A stretch of 64,000 bases of DNA, from positions 1-64,000 of the forward strand of contig MCFE01000322.1 in the NCBI GenBank assembly GCA_002104905.1, given 5' to 3'. Below, piece by piece: positions 23,233 to 36,586 of the stretch. The notes beneath the pieces were generated by a model. That model was not told where the DNA came from, searched no databases, and was given only the letters and a program-made list of their open reading frames with translations. Within the stretch, counting starts at the first letter, position 1. The number at the start of each line of letters is the position of its first letter. This DNA is from Basidiobolus meristosporus CBS 931.73 (taxonomy: Eukaryota > Fungi > Basidiobolomycota). The position numbers were made by a program, and so were the translations under genes.

Positions 23233-24129
23233 TTTGAATAGTGACACTGAAAACAACAAACAAGGAAAACGGTAATACACGAAAGCAACAATAAACAGAA
23301 CTATAAACACAACTTCAAGTCGGGTGTAAGCCTCCAAATTTTGGCAAGCGAAGAGGAACTGTGATGAGCAATCAAGCTACGGGAACAGCAAGCTTTTAAG
23401 TGAGTTAGGGCCCCGAGTTTGGAGGTAAAGGATAGTGTGAAAATTTACGGTTCTGACTTATCTTGGAATTACTGGGATCTGAATAATACAATTAAAACAA
23501 AGAAACCCCAAAAGAAGCAACGTTTCCGGCAGCAGGATTCCGAATTGGTTTATTTTTATTGATATTAAATCCAAATAGATGAGGTGAGGCCTGCGAAACA
23601 TCATAACACTTTCAGGTCTCCTCACTCATGGCAACAGTTACCCAACTTTTTATGGACTTCAGTGAGGTCACCGTCGTCAAAAATTCTAGCGAAGTCGACT
23701 TCACTTGGAATGGCCGTGCTATTCCACAAAATTCCGCTTCGTAATCAGCCAGAATTCGTGAACCTATTATTAGTGATCAATAGCTTGCTAGAAGGATCCG
23801 TATACAATACACGTTGGGAAGCTCGGCGAGGGAACTACTAAGAATGGCTTAGGCCGTATGGGTTCCTTGTGCAAGCCGTCAGTCAACTAATCCACAACAA
23901 TGCGCCAACCAAAGAGTAACCAGGTGACTGCACCCGTAGTGCCAAGCCTTACTTTGTATATATACATGCACCTGCCTCCTTGCCAAGATGAGCGAGGGAC
24001 CTCAGCAGCTGTAGGAATCAAAAGCATGTTGTGGGGTGTTGGCCCCACCTACCACCCAAGACAGTATCAATGTGAAATTCAAATATGGAAGGAGCTTTCC
24101 CCCATCGTACAGCAGAATTCGTTCAACTA

Positions 24130-24950
24130 GCGTGCCCATTTCTATATCCAGGAGCCATCATGTGAATGTGGTAAGCCTCGAGGCAACACCTATCCAAGCT
24201 GCACATCCATAAAGGTAAAATCGTTTAGAATCACTCGTTTCTTATTGCAATTTATACAGGATTGTTCTACCAATCCCGAAATGGTTTAACTCCGCACAAT
24301 AGCACACACAACTCCAGATATCAAAGATCGATTACAGTCATACGTTACAGCAAATAGACTTGCAGTATCTGAAGTTTGGAGAGTAGGAGTGATATATTTG
24401 GCTTGAGGCACCATCAAGATTGATTCCCCCTCTGGTTGATCCATATTCATAGATTGGAGTTTTGATGAAACAAACCCCCAAACTATCTCAAAAATAGATA
24501 CCTTAGTAGGCCCAGCTGCCATGTATCTCCGAAGATCCATAATTGAAGCAATCCATTATTGTAAAAACACTGAACACCAGACCCTCTAAATCGATTTAGA
24601 AATTCTTTCGTATTATTTCTGTATCATGCCAGCAGCTCTTTGAACATATTATGGACGTTATGGGTTTCTAAAAAATATAATCTTGATGCATTGAATCGAT
24701 GTATTGCCCAACTAAATTAATCAAATAGAACTTGCCTGGGATCAATATAGATCTGGTATATTTCGTAGATTGCGTCAATAGGAGACCGTTCGCATTGCGC
24801 CCAATACCATATATTGAAATTGGATTTGCCTGCGCCGGTATACCATTATAGTATAAGCTAAATCACTTGGCTGATTTCATTCTGAAGTATGATGAGCTTC
24901 AACGACGTGAGAGGAGGCGTTTGAGATACTGGATGAATGCATAGAATTTA
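24130..24950 (-). pseudogene. Possible BAHD/Transferase-type acyltransferase relic
   Basis: Interrupted frames give PPLTSLKL...GAGKSNFNIWYWAQCER (like HxxxDGxS..F..W), KVSIFEIVWGF, and MDVQLG*VLP (like DFGWGKP). Confidence 0.3.
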
Positions 24951-25849
24951 GGTAATCCCCCTTGTAAAGGCAACGATTACAATTGAGTAGGAAGTGTTTA
25001 CAGATATCCCAGCATCACCGTCCTCTCCCTCTCTCTCGCTTCCTCTTATGATGATCGTATTCTATTCCACTGTACGTTATATGTTGTTAAAGCCCAGGAA
25101 TAGTCCACTAGCTTATCTCGAGTTCCAGCAGAGGTCCATCAACGAAGTTTGCCTAAGATACATGGACTTTTTCTATACTGTCTAGATATATGCCATCATT
25201 GTTGCCAATAGTCCGTATACGTGCAAAGAATCTGATCAATGGCAATGTTCTAGCACATTGTAGATGAGAAACCGGCATCGAGCCTCAGACTAAACAAGCG
25301 AAATCCAATCGCAAAACCAAGCTAAGTGTTTGTGATGTTTTGTGATTTGATGCATAATCTGATCGCATTCAGATATACCATTACGAACCATCAGTATACC
25401 AAATATTTGTCAACCTTGTATTAATATACTGACATTATAACGAAGTAGCATAATGGATGGGTGATTTTTTGCCCCTCAGATAGCAGGTCATATTACTGGA
25501 TCATATCTGGAGTAATACGGCTTCATAGGGTTGGCTCTGTGCCAGGTTTTGTACTGTCTTTGCGTCAATATGGTTCAACTGAAATGAGCTGGGCCTTGAA
25601 AGTGATTTTAGAGCATCAATATTGTGCTTTCACTTGTCGGCTCTTTGGGTATAAACAAAGTATTTCTGCTTTTGGCCGTACTCTTCAAAAATAAATACCA
25701 GGGTTATAAGGGTGCGTTTGGGAAGGTCATGGAGATGTGGGTGCGAAATTGGCAGTTTTTGGATGGTCTAGAAATGAACTTTGTACGATTTCCTGCAAAC
25801 TGCTCAAAGGAATATACCCTACCAGGAATTCCAAAATTGAGGATTTATT

Positions 25850-26300
25850 AGGTTTTTTGACCGTATCCATACCTTTTTAATATGATCTTATGATGATGCT
25901 CCATCCCAAATTCACCCATAGACCTTAGACTGCTTATAACTTATCAGAAAGTTGATAGCCGGGCTTCATACATTTCCTAGGAATGGTGTGTATGATAGTC
26001 TATACATTGCATGTAGAGCTATGTTTAAACATGGTTCCAAAGCCTCATTTTTGAAAAGCTGAGAGTTTAATCCAGGTTGAGGTTCTTCCAATTTTTCATA
26101 TGATTTCCTGAGGATATCTATCAAAAGGTTTCTAGATGGAATGCTTTGGTTAAGATTTGAAGAGCTCTGTCCACAAATACAAGACATCCTCAAAGCTGAA
26201 TTCCATTAAATCTCAACAACCCTGGCGTGTCTGGTAACTCTAACTCAATGGGTATTTCAGAAATTCTCGGGCTCTCAAGGGGCGCAAGTGTTTTTGGGAA
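25850..26300 (-). repeat. Dispersed repeat, copy 1 (homologous to ~30555-31015)
   Basis: The reverse complement shares TTTxATGGAATTCA...CTTGTATTTGTGGACxGAGCTC...CAAAAATGxGGCTTTGGxACCAT and CATCATAAGATCATATTxAAAAGG with the 30.6-31.0 kb copy. Confidence 0.8.
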
Positions 26301-26627
26301 TTACTTTCCACCAAATTGGCAATGTGTAGGTACAGGATGTACGAATATGTAGGTACAATCACTTGCTAGGTGAATTTAGTTTTTTACAAGTCACTTTACC
26401 TTGTGAAATATAAGTGATGTACTTTTTTATCTATATATTGTGCCGATCTCTATGTGAAAAGAGTGTATCCAGAACACTCGGATACTTTAGCTTAGGTATT
26501 TCCCGTAAGCGATTCAATGCAATACAATAAATGAGGGCGTACCATTAAGGTTAGCCAAGCTAACGAAGGAATTTTTCTACTGATGTACATACATTTACAA
26601 TCACCAAGAATCGGCAGAATCAGTGCA

Positions 26628-27030
26628 CTAAGATCCATTACATAAATCAATCACTATGGTTGTAGCTGCCAACTCAATGCTACAATATAGTACGGTAATT
26701 GGAAATTGCAGCGATTTCAAATAAACCAAACGTATAAATTCTGAGATGTGAGGTTCAGCATCATGATGTTTCTTAGGAAGACTGTGCCATGGACTAGCGC
26801 CGTAATTACTATAGGAAAACTTGCGCTTCTCAGAAGCGCAATGTAGTGTTGATGCTTCCCGCAATACTAATTTAGCAGCCATGTCAAATGATACATGGTG
26901 TAGAAACTTTACCATGATAATGGAATGATACCAAGATACTTTCTGTCATAGGGAGTAGGTGAGAATTCGGAGGGGTACAAGTTCGTCGGTTATAAATTGT
27001 ACTACATCCTTCAAATAAGTATCTCCCTCT
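26628..27030 (-). pseudogene. HHxxxD CoA-dependent acyltransferase / NRPS condensation-domain-like relic
   Basis: DELVPLRILTYSL*...MVKFLHHVSFDMAAKLVLREASTLH...FSYSNYGASPW resembles the C-domain core (HHxxxDG..L.REL..LY...Y..Y..W). In-frame stops lie upstream. Confidence 0.35.
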
Positions 27031-28820
27031 TAACTCAAGGCTTTGATCCAATCAGGACTGAAATGTCAATGAAAGGTATTTGTAATCAGCATAACCCATG
27101 ATTTGATATTTGATTCGGTATTATGTACAATTTATGCTTGTACAAATTTAGCGCGTAACTACCCCTAACGTCATACTTCAAGAATACAAAGACCTAGATA
27201 TAAAAAAGTGTAATATAATATGAATTAAAGCCACAACGGAATCATGCAACTATATAACTACTTTGCATTATCGGGGAAAATGGGATATTCATTGCCACAC
27301 TAGCGCCTCTCATGAGCCACATAGATATAGCAATTGGCTGTCAGATTAATTAAATTCCTTGTAAAAAATGTGACCAAGTCACACGAGGCACTATTACCCA
27401 TCATTACTATTGAATTTTGAATATATTTGAATTACCCGTATTATAGCTAACCAGCCACCCATATTGACGCCGTAAAAAACACCCATGACTATGTGTATGT
27501 GCTCTTATTGTCCAAGTATAACTGTGTATTTGTGTGATTAGACTCTGGGTAGATATTCAGGCTTCGATGGTTTTACATCATTGTCAGATAATATCCTGAA
27601 ATATGCTGAGTGGTACCTGATTCAGTACTTGGCTCCGTACTTGTATAAGACACACGTACAATTGAACCTCCACTACCATTAAGAGATTACGTATAAAAAA
27701 TAGACCTCCCAAGTCAAGATAAAGCGTGAATCTGGGATAGAAATCCTGCTGTTGAGCAGAGTGTCAACTGACTGTCAGGTCTAAAACATGGTCTTGATGA
27801 TGAATTAAGTAAGCTTGCTAGAATGTCTTGGGTTTAATGATTGGAGTTTATGCAAATTTCTTCGAAAATTGCCAGGATCGGCAGCTGTGAAATTTCGGCA
27901 GCTTTTCGGTTTACCGGCAAAAGGACGAATAGTGTCAAAGGAGATACGGGAGTTGGAATATCCCTGTTCACGGCGAAAACAAATCCAAGATTTTTGATTT
28001 TCCCACGGCCACCATTATACTCTGACTTTTGTAATAGAAGAAACTAGTCTTCCGTTTTTGGAGAATGGATTTGTTACAATCAAACCACCATCCAATGGAT
28101 GCGGTCTATTTCCCCCTGTCAGTTTGAGAATATTCCCAGCAATATTACACGGCTATTCATCTCTTTGGCAACTATAATTTGACAGGATGCAAGCAATGCT
28201 TATTGGGTTTGATAGCTTGGAAACAGCGTAGTCGTGTAACCATTTCGTTCATGTATTGGGCCCATTATACAACGTCAATAGGGGCTCTGGGTTTTCTGGA
28301 TTCGATGAGGAACGTGGCTGCATTTCTCCCACATTCCAGGAATATTGGTTGGCTATGGGTAGGGATTTTTTTGCTACAGAGAAGCAACTATGGCCAGTGT
28401 GCAACAGTGTCTTGAGAATTGAGGCGCTCGATCCATCAAGCACGTTAGTCTTCATAGTTGAGGAGGAGGAACAATCCCACAGATCATCAGCTTATCTGGT
28501 CACCAGCTCAGTAGGTCCAGCAAGAAGGTGGATATTCTGAGTCCATCAGGATTATGGTCATTAGAATGCTGTTGCTCTGAAACGCCTAGTAGCTTGCAAG
28601 ATAGACCCAACGGGCCATTGTATATATTAGGGAATTCAACTTCAAGGATCAGGCAATTGGTGGTTGGTACGATTCCAACAATCGATCTTTATTGATCTGT
28701 ATGTATAAATCCCTTGACCAATACGAGTAGTTATGTCCCAGGGTTTTCGTATAAAACGACTATATGCCGCTCTATTACTCCTCTATCATATTCTTGCAAA
28801 TTTGAGCACAGGAATAAATC

Positions 28821-30011
28821 ATGATTGTTACTAGAAATATTCCTTTAATTCGTAATTACCGCTTTTCTCCCAGGCTTTTGCCAAGCCACTTTAATACCTC
28901 CCGCTTCTATCACTCACCACAAGCCCTTCCGCGTGGCCTTCTCCATCGTAAAGTCCATACCAGCAACTCCATTGCCCCTGTCCCCCGAATTCTTGTCACA
29001 GGTTCTTTGGGACAGCTTGGCTCCGGCTTAGTGAGACTCTTGCGTGAAAAGTACGGTGATGAAAATGTGGTTGCCTCTGATATCCGTAAACCCAGAGAAC
29101 AGAATCTTGGCTATGGACCCTTCGTCTATGCTGATGTTTTAAATTACCAACAGCTTGAGAGCCTTGTTGTCGACTTCCACATCGATTGGATCGTTCATCT
29201 TTCAGCCATCCTTTCAGCTGTCGGAGAAAAGAATCCTGCCCAGGCCCTCGCCGTTAATGTTAATGGTTTCCAAAACGTACTTGATTTGGCCAAGATCCAT
29301 GGCCTTCGCATATTCTCCCCCAGCACCATTGGCGTTTTCGGTCCCTCCACCCCCAAGGACAACACTCCTGACTTGACCATTCAAAGGCCCAACACCATTT
29401 ATGGTATCACCAAGGTTCACATGGAGCTGATGGGTGAGGCAAGTTGTTCATGAACCTAGCACTGGTCGGTGATTTCCGTACTAATTTCTCTATCTTAACA
29501 GTACTATCACGAGAAGTATGGAGTCGATTTCCGTTCCGTTAGATATCCCGGTATTATCAGTGCTGATACTCAGCCAGGAGGTGGAACCACCGACTATGCC
29601 GTCGAAATCTTCCACGAGGCTCTGAAGACCGGCAACTATCAATGCTTCCTGTCCAAGGATACCGCTCTCCCCATGATGTACCTTCCAGATTGTTTGAAGG
29701 GTACTGTCCAACTACTTGAGGCTCCTTCTGAGCAATTGACGCAGCGTACCTATAACATGGCAGCTGTTAGCTTCACCCCTGCGGAGATTGCAGATGAAAT
29801 CCGTGCTCATATTCCTGGTTTCAATGTAACATACTCACCTGATTTCCGCCAAGCCATTGCTGATTCGTGGCCCCGATCATTTGACGACAGTAAAGCTCGT
29901 CTTGATTGGAACTGGAAGCATGACTATGACACCTCCTCCATGGTTCAGGATATGCTAACCAGACTGCGCCCTCATTATACCATTCCCAAAGTTAGCTCCG
30001 TTGTGTGCTAG
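28821..30011 (+). CDS. TDH: Mitochondrial L-threonine 3-dehydrogenase (SDR type); one GC-AG intron 29439-29501
   Basis: Arg/Ser-rich presequence; [75 protein letters not shown]. Confidence 0.95.
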
Positions 30012-30554
30012 AAGGGGATAAACCTTATAGAAAGTTTTTCACCACCACTGAAGGAGTGATTTAATTTATCGAATCTTCCACACCAGACCACGTACATAGT
30101 CTAAAGGGTCAGCAATACTGCCCATCTAATTCTCGAATTCACTCCAGCATGGTGTAAATAAATCTATTAAAGCCTAGATTACAAGAATCACTTGATTTTA
30201 CTGACGCACACAGGAATTACTTGTGTTCATCAAATTAGAATGATTGCAAATCATGTGTTCCATCGCAAATCCAGTGTGATATGCTCAGGTTTTGTGAATT
30301 GGGTTGTATAACCTGCTACGAGGTGTTTTGGGATTTATAGGCAAAATGTGGGATTCTGCTCATGCCTTTTAGTGGATCCAGAATCTGAACTTCTGGAGCT
30401 GTATGTTGGGTAGATAGCCGATTCGTTTAGTGCACTTGAATTGAATGTAAGCGTAGTTGTGGAGGATTAGGGCTGGTTTGATATGTTGAGGGAAGGTCGG
30501 CATGTTGAAATGCTGGCCTGGTAGAGATTCCCTGGGTATTTCATTTGGCCTAAT

Positions 30555-31015
30555 TTTCAAAAATGCCCATACCCTTCGAGAGCCTAAGAATCTCTGTAGA
30601 TAACCATACCAGGGTGTAGAAATTTGATGGAATTCAACTAGGAGGATGGCTTGTATTTGTGGACGGAGCTCATCAAACCTTAACTATAGTATCCCCATTA
30701 GAAATTTTCGATAGACACCATCAGAGAGCCGTATGAAAATCAGCAGAATCCCGACTTGGGTTAAACACTCAACTTCTCAAAAATGTGGCTTTGGGACCAT
30801 AACTTTGCACACGTGCTCTTGGAACATTTCTGAACATATTCAACGTGTTTGTTCAAGTACAAATACCACCTGTACTTTCAATAAATCACCAAGCGAAAAT
30901 CACGTAACCTATTTGCTCTCCCAACCACTCTCAATATTCTCAAAACTCTCACAACAGTATTTAGGGAAGAATATCATCATAAGATCATATTGAAAAGGCA
31001 TGAATAGTATCAAAA
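30555..31015 (+). repeat. Dispersed repeat, copy 2, containing an LTR fragment
   Basis: Homologous to 25850-26300(-). The central part is replaced by the copia LTR 3' half. Confidence 0.75.
30801..30956 (+). mobile_element. 3' half of a copia LTR (same family as the 1-10 kb cluster)
   Basis: AACTTTGCACACGTG...CAATAAATCA...CTCCCAA...CTCTCACAACA aligns with the LTR 3' halves at 9718-9898. Confidence 0.8.
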
Positions 31016-32502
31016 AATTCAACTTGAGCCCAAGTGGCAGCTTTTGGTTTAGGGGCACTGGAGGAGCATATCACTACAACATATGTATCAATCCTTAGAA
31101 GCACCAACTTGAAGCAAAACCTGAGCTTTGGCCACTTCCAATCTCCAAAGAAGCAAGCAGAAGTTTTTGCCACCATGGAGGTATAGAGATGGTGGAAAAG
31201 TAGTTGTGATACCCGAGAACTGAAAACCAGCCCTTGCTTCAAGAATTGCTTGAAATCCCCGGTGTTTAATAAGTATCAAAACTGTTCCAAAAAAAATTGC
31301 TTGGTCTGATGCAGCATTACCACGGTTAATCGGACCAGGTTTTAGCTGACTTTCAGCATTTCGATGCACCTATGCATCGTCTCAGTGTGGTCAAAACAGA
31401 GAACTTTCACGTACCGCTGATGATGCCACCTATCACTTCTGACGATGTTTGGTGATGGAATTCTTACGCCTTTTTTGTACCTGGCTTATTCAAACGAACC
31501 TCATATAAACTTGAATACTTTTCGACATCCCAACTTGAGCGGGCCAACTGCATTTACCATTAGTTGTGGCATCTCCCAGCCCACAATCCCATCAAGAGTA
31601 GTACTAGGTAATGATTGATCTAAAAATACCTCCCTTCGTCTAGGAACGGAATATCACTCATCTGCTGCTTCTTCTATATTTACTTTTGTTGGCAAATCAA
31701 GGTAAAACTATCACATGGTTTCAGTCGCCGAGGATGATACTCTATCATCGCAATCAAGGTACTACACTACTGCAGGTTATGAGGCGACTGTGCTCAGTCT
31801 GTTGAGGTCCATGTTCGACCTATATGATAAACAGGAGTAACACCGGTCAACTATCCGTCCATTGTTGCCAAATTTGGCAAAGAGTTCACGTACACTATTT
31901 ACTCCATCCATAGGCAGTACATTGTCAAACGCTTCATTGAAGTAAATATAGCATTCTTCAAGGATCATAAATACTGATTTTCTGATGTCCTATGTTGGGA
32001 GTGGTACAGAAACAACAAGAAAATTTTACTTCCAACCGCTCAGCAAAGCCATTTACCCCTTATGGATGCTACTATATTTACGAATTGGCTTAGTGAATCC
32101 AGTGGACCAATGTGCAGGGATTTATAGCTTGTAGGGCGCACCGTATCCAGTTTATTATAGCGCCATTTCACTCGATTTCCTTTGCGGCTGATTCGGCTAC
32201 GTCACCAATAGCCTTAATGCTGGGAGGCAAACCTCGTCATTTGACGGAGTCAAAATTTTCAGGGCGAAGTAGCCACGGCAAAACATGGAGCGAGAGTCGG
32301 CGTATTCAATATACCATTATCCACTTCATATGCTTTTGATTGTACTAATGATATTCACGATGGAATCGCCTCATATAGTCATATCACAAATGCTTGTGTC
32401 ATAGGCGCAAGTAAATGATTCGATAAGCGCACCTTGGCTCAGTATATAAGTGCTGCGCATCTACTTCAACAATTCAGATAGGATTCAACAACACCTCCTA
32501 GC

Positions 32503-33132
32503 ATGCACCTCATCAACTCTGCTCTTCTGGTCCTTGGTAGTGCTCTATTGAGCAGCGCATGCGAGATGGACTGTAGAAACGGCATCAATAAGGCCTTCGC
32601 TGATAATTACTCCCCGATCATCGCAAATCATATGGCCGTTTTAGCTGAGGATATCAAGTCCTCATTCGCAGCAGAGGTGGAGAATACCCCAGAACTCGGA
32701 AAAGAGATTGAGAGCAGCATCTCTGCACTGCAAACCACCATTTTGAGCCGACTCCCTAAAGCCGTCGATCGTCAAGTTTTCACCAAGTATCGCGGCCCTT
32801 GCCCTCAAGACATTGAGGGATGTCCCAATTATAATTGCTCATCACTCTGTGGCTCACCTGGATCAGTAATTTACTTTATCGATGACGCTCTTCAACTAGC
32901 CAATGCCGGTGTTGTGGGTCAAGTCCAAAAGGACACCGAGCCCGGTAGAATCTTCCACAAGTCAATCCGTAGTGCTATCACGGCTAGAGTCGGTAACAGC
33001 CAGGTCGACGTTGAATCCAAGTTGAAGCCTATCTTGCGGGACCTGCACGATAGAGCAACCACTATGTGCGACGAATCGTGCTACAACAAATGGACCTCCC
33101 AAATCATCGAGCTGCTTAAAACTTTCGATTAG
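32503..33132 (+). CDS. Secreted cysteine-rich hypothetical protein (209 aa, intronless)
   Basis: Signal peptide MHLINSALLVLGSALLSSA; 8 Cys in CxxxC, CPxxxxGCPxxxCxxxCGSPGS and CxxxC; TATA-like TATATAA upstream. Confidence 0.85.
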   Translation: MHLINSALLVLGSALLSSACEMDCRNGINKAFADNYSPIIANHMAVLAEDIKSSFAAEVENTPELGKEIESSISALQTTILSRLPKAVDRQVFTKYRGPCPQDIEGCPNYNCSSLCGSPGSVIYFIDDALQLANAGVVGQVQKDTEPGRIFHKSIRSAITARVGNSQVDVESKLKPILRDLHDRATTMCDESCYNKWTSQIIELLKTFD

Positions 33133-34471
33133 ACAGATATTCGATGAACCAGCCTTTTTGATCACAATGTGTAAAATTCTCCAATTGACTCATAGTAATA
33201 ATAGCCTCTATGGATGCTTTCCCATTACGCCATCCATACGACACAATAAATATTTCCCATCATAATCGTAGGAGCTGGCTGATGATACATGTATATACGA
33301 GTTCATATCAGAGCTTAGTGGGGTTGAATATGGCTGGATTTGGCACGTGGCTGATTTGAGAGCACGAAAGCATCGAGTGGGGAGTGAGATTTGGTGAAAT
33401 TGCATCACCCGGTGGCTTCGCCAACTACGGGGCCAGGCAAGAGCAGCTTGCTAAGAAACTGGCACTAATATGTTGCTCAGAGATGCATTGGATGGGGTAT
33501 GGCGACAAATTAACCACGTGCGATGTATTCAGGTATCGTTCTCCAAGGTAACATGCTGCAAATGCTATGGTAGTAAGCATCACATTAGTATTGACAAATC
33601 AATATCCATGAACTACTTGGCCCATTGCTGTAGTGCTACCCCCCAGTCGTGATCGGTGAGGAGGGCCTCCATGCAGCGTAGGACTTCCGTGGGTTCAATA
33701 GGATGAGACAAATTGGATTGTATTAACCAACAGCGTACCATTGGGCGGCGATCTGCATCTGCATTGTGTTTTCCTGGAGCTTTTGGATACCTGCTGTCCA
33801 GGCTATTCACATATTAATTTCGCGTTCAGAATACCATTGCTCCGTAGAGTGATGTTCACAGCTACCAAATAAAGGTAAGATCAGAAACATCCAGTCATCA
33901 CCCCCGTAACGGAACCGATTGAGTAACGTTACTCTAACAAATGAATTATACCACGGACAATAGATCTCCGATTGACAGACTGATACCATCTGTTAGGGTG
34001 CGGCCATCAATGTGATCTCCAAGATACCACTCAAACAAGAGATGCATGAATGCGATGACAAGAATTCCATTGCTAGATTCATTTTGAAATACATTGAGTT
34101 AACTCGTAAGCCCTACCTATAACAATATACTCCACGCTGTATGATCCCCCATCGTTTGCAAATTGAGATCGTGCTACCACACAAAAGAGTGATTGCAGCA
34201 TGATGCTACTGCCGCCCACTCTGAGAAACCATCTGATACCACCCTCATATTGCTTCGTTTCAACTTGACAATTACATTTTGATGATGATCCAGGTGAGTG
34301 GGGATTGGGTGGCATCCGTCCGTCACATTATCTAGAACCAACAACCACACTATATATTCTCCTGACGTCTCTGAGAACAACCCACCTTTACATTCTTATA
34401 AGCTCCACCCTAAACATATTCCTTCTCATCTGCTAAACGCCAATATCGACCAACGCACCACTGAGAATAAT

Positions 34472-35417
34472 ATGGATTACCAGAGGCGACGTACACCCTT
34501 TTCAACATGGCTTGGCCTGAACGACTTCGACTTATCTATACCTGTGACTTCGAATTTTGTACCTTCATATGTTCTAATATTCACCAGGGCGATTTCTCTC
34601 ATATATACGCTCACGGTGGCGATTACTAACTTCGTGATTAATATTGGTGATGTATGGGAAGGGTTCTTCGTTTATTTCACTGATCTATCGTTTCTGGGAC
34701 TTATAGCATACTTCATGGTGAGCATATTATTCGCCAGTACCCTCCGTGGATCGATGGTAATCTTGGATATTATAGGTTTCGAGCTACCATTCAGTACGGT
34801 ACTATCGCGGCTCAATCCAGTTCTTGCATTCATCCTGGATAGCCCACTCCAAGTTCCTCCGCTTCATATACTGGCTGCTCTACGAAACCGTAGTAGTATT
34901 CCACGTAGTAGTACCGATCATATACTGGACACTTATTTTCACCCCATCAAACCGCAGTACCCTGCTGTTGTGGGTTAATGGCTCGATACACGGGAGCGAT
35001 TTTTTCTTCATGATGGTTGAGATGATCCTTGGCAGGTGGACGTTGAAATGGAGCCACCTACCATTTGTGCTATTCTTCCCGATCTTATACATGTGTCTGG
35101 CATTCCTCAATTATGCTATGTAAGTGAGCTTGTTTGAATCTCGTACGGTTATTCTCTGTCGACGACTAACCTGCAATCCTTGTCCGGAAAGAAACGGCTA
35201 TTTCGTGTATGGGTTCCTTGATTGGTACGCCAGAAAGCCAGGATACGTTGCTCTGATCTATTTGGGAGTGGCGCTGTTTTTCATCATAGTGTTTTCGGCC
35301 ATGCTCTATATTCACAAGCTAAGAGATCGCATTGGAATCAAAAGAAGACCAGAACTGGCAGAGCGTGAAGGGTTGAGCTCAAACCCGCTGCAAATGATCC
35401 AAGTGGACACCGTTTAA
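34472..35417 (+). CDS. Multi-pass membrane protein, rolling-stone/FAR-17a-AIG1-like (2 introns)
   Basis: About 6 TM segments; FFVYFTDLSF, WLLYET...VVPIIYWTL, IHG, GYFVYGFLDW. Confidence 0.75.
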
Positions 35418-35891
35418 TACACCAGCACCTTAGAATAATATACAACATAGAATCTCGTGATTAGAATTACCAACATTACATCAATTTTTAGCATAGATAT
35501 ATTTTGTATATCTTGGCATGTAATAATATCGTAGCAAGGCTGCACGCTTGCTCTCATTGATAGGTAGAAAAGAATAACAAAAACCTCGCCCACTCCACGG
35601 CCCTTACTGCTAACTGAAGCACGATACATCTGGCAGTTCATGGAGCAAAAATAATAATCCAACATATTTGAGGTTGGCTAGTTGTACTTTATAGAGGTCA
35701 ATTAGGAGTCTTGAATTTACATGTGGACCCTGAACGAATGTGCAGGAAAATGAGAGAAAACCTGAATTAAATTGGTGATTGGGCTCGCTCCGATTTTCCC
35801 ACACATTCACAAATTCTCTTGCGGTATTGACTAATGCAGATTCGGTGGTCAGATAAAAATGATGATGGAACATAGATACACTGCTGCCGAC

Positions 35892-36586
35892 TTAAGCGGT
35901 GGCTTGTGATTCACGAACAACTTGGAGGAAGTAACGATGGAAACGGTCGTCAGAGGTAAGTTCGGGGTGGAAAGATGTACCCATTAGATGGCCTTGTCTA
36001 ACGGCAACAATGGTGCCATCCTCCAATTTCACAAGAGGCTCAACGGTCTCTTCATTAATGTAAGTAATAACTGGGGCACGAATAAAAAAGCACGAGTAGG
36101 GCTTTTCTCCTATGCAAGGGGCGGTCAAGTTGGCCACGAACGAATCGATTTGAGTACCGAAGTTGTTACGATTGACGCTAACATCCAATGCGCCGAGTAA
36201 CTTCTGACCACCCTTCTTGGTCTTGCTGGCTTCCTTGGCCAGGAGAATCAAACCTGCGCATGTTCCCCAGGTTGGCTTGGTCTGAACAAACTTACGGAGG
36301 GGCTCGAAAAGGCCGGAAGCCTCGGCGACCAACGCCATGGTGGTGGATTCGCCGCCAGGAATGATGAGGCCATCTAAAGTAGGGTCTTCAAGTTGTTGAA
36401 CAGTGCGTACTTCGACAGTTTCGGCAACATCGGGAAGATGCTTCAACAGGTTGATATGTTCAGCGAATGCACCCTGTAAAGCTTTGAAACGAAATCCAAA
36501 GTTAATACGAAGCTGATGGAGCAACCATATGTACGAGTCGCTTTACCGAGAACACCAATACGGTATTGTTTAACTTCTTGAACCAT
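35892..36586 (-). CDS. PDX2: Pyridoxal 5'-phosphate synthase glutaminase subunit (1 intron)
   Basis: IGVL|ALQGAFAEH, DGLIIPGGEST, WGTCAGLILL, RNNFGTQIDSF, FIRAP, TSFHPELT. Confidence 0.97.

Noticed and set aside
28050-28540. Possible lipase/alpha-beta hydrolase relic (GARSIKHVSLHS*GGG)
   Set aside because: A single degenerate GxSxG-like echo with several stops is not distinguishable from chance.
33200-33990. Chain of minus-strand ORFs (33807..33989, 33613..33810, 33208..33408)
   Set aside because: Possibly a decayed gene, but no family could be recognised and no consistent splice model was found.
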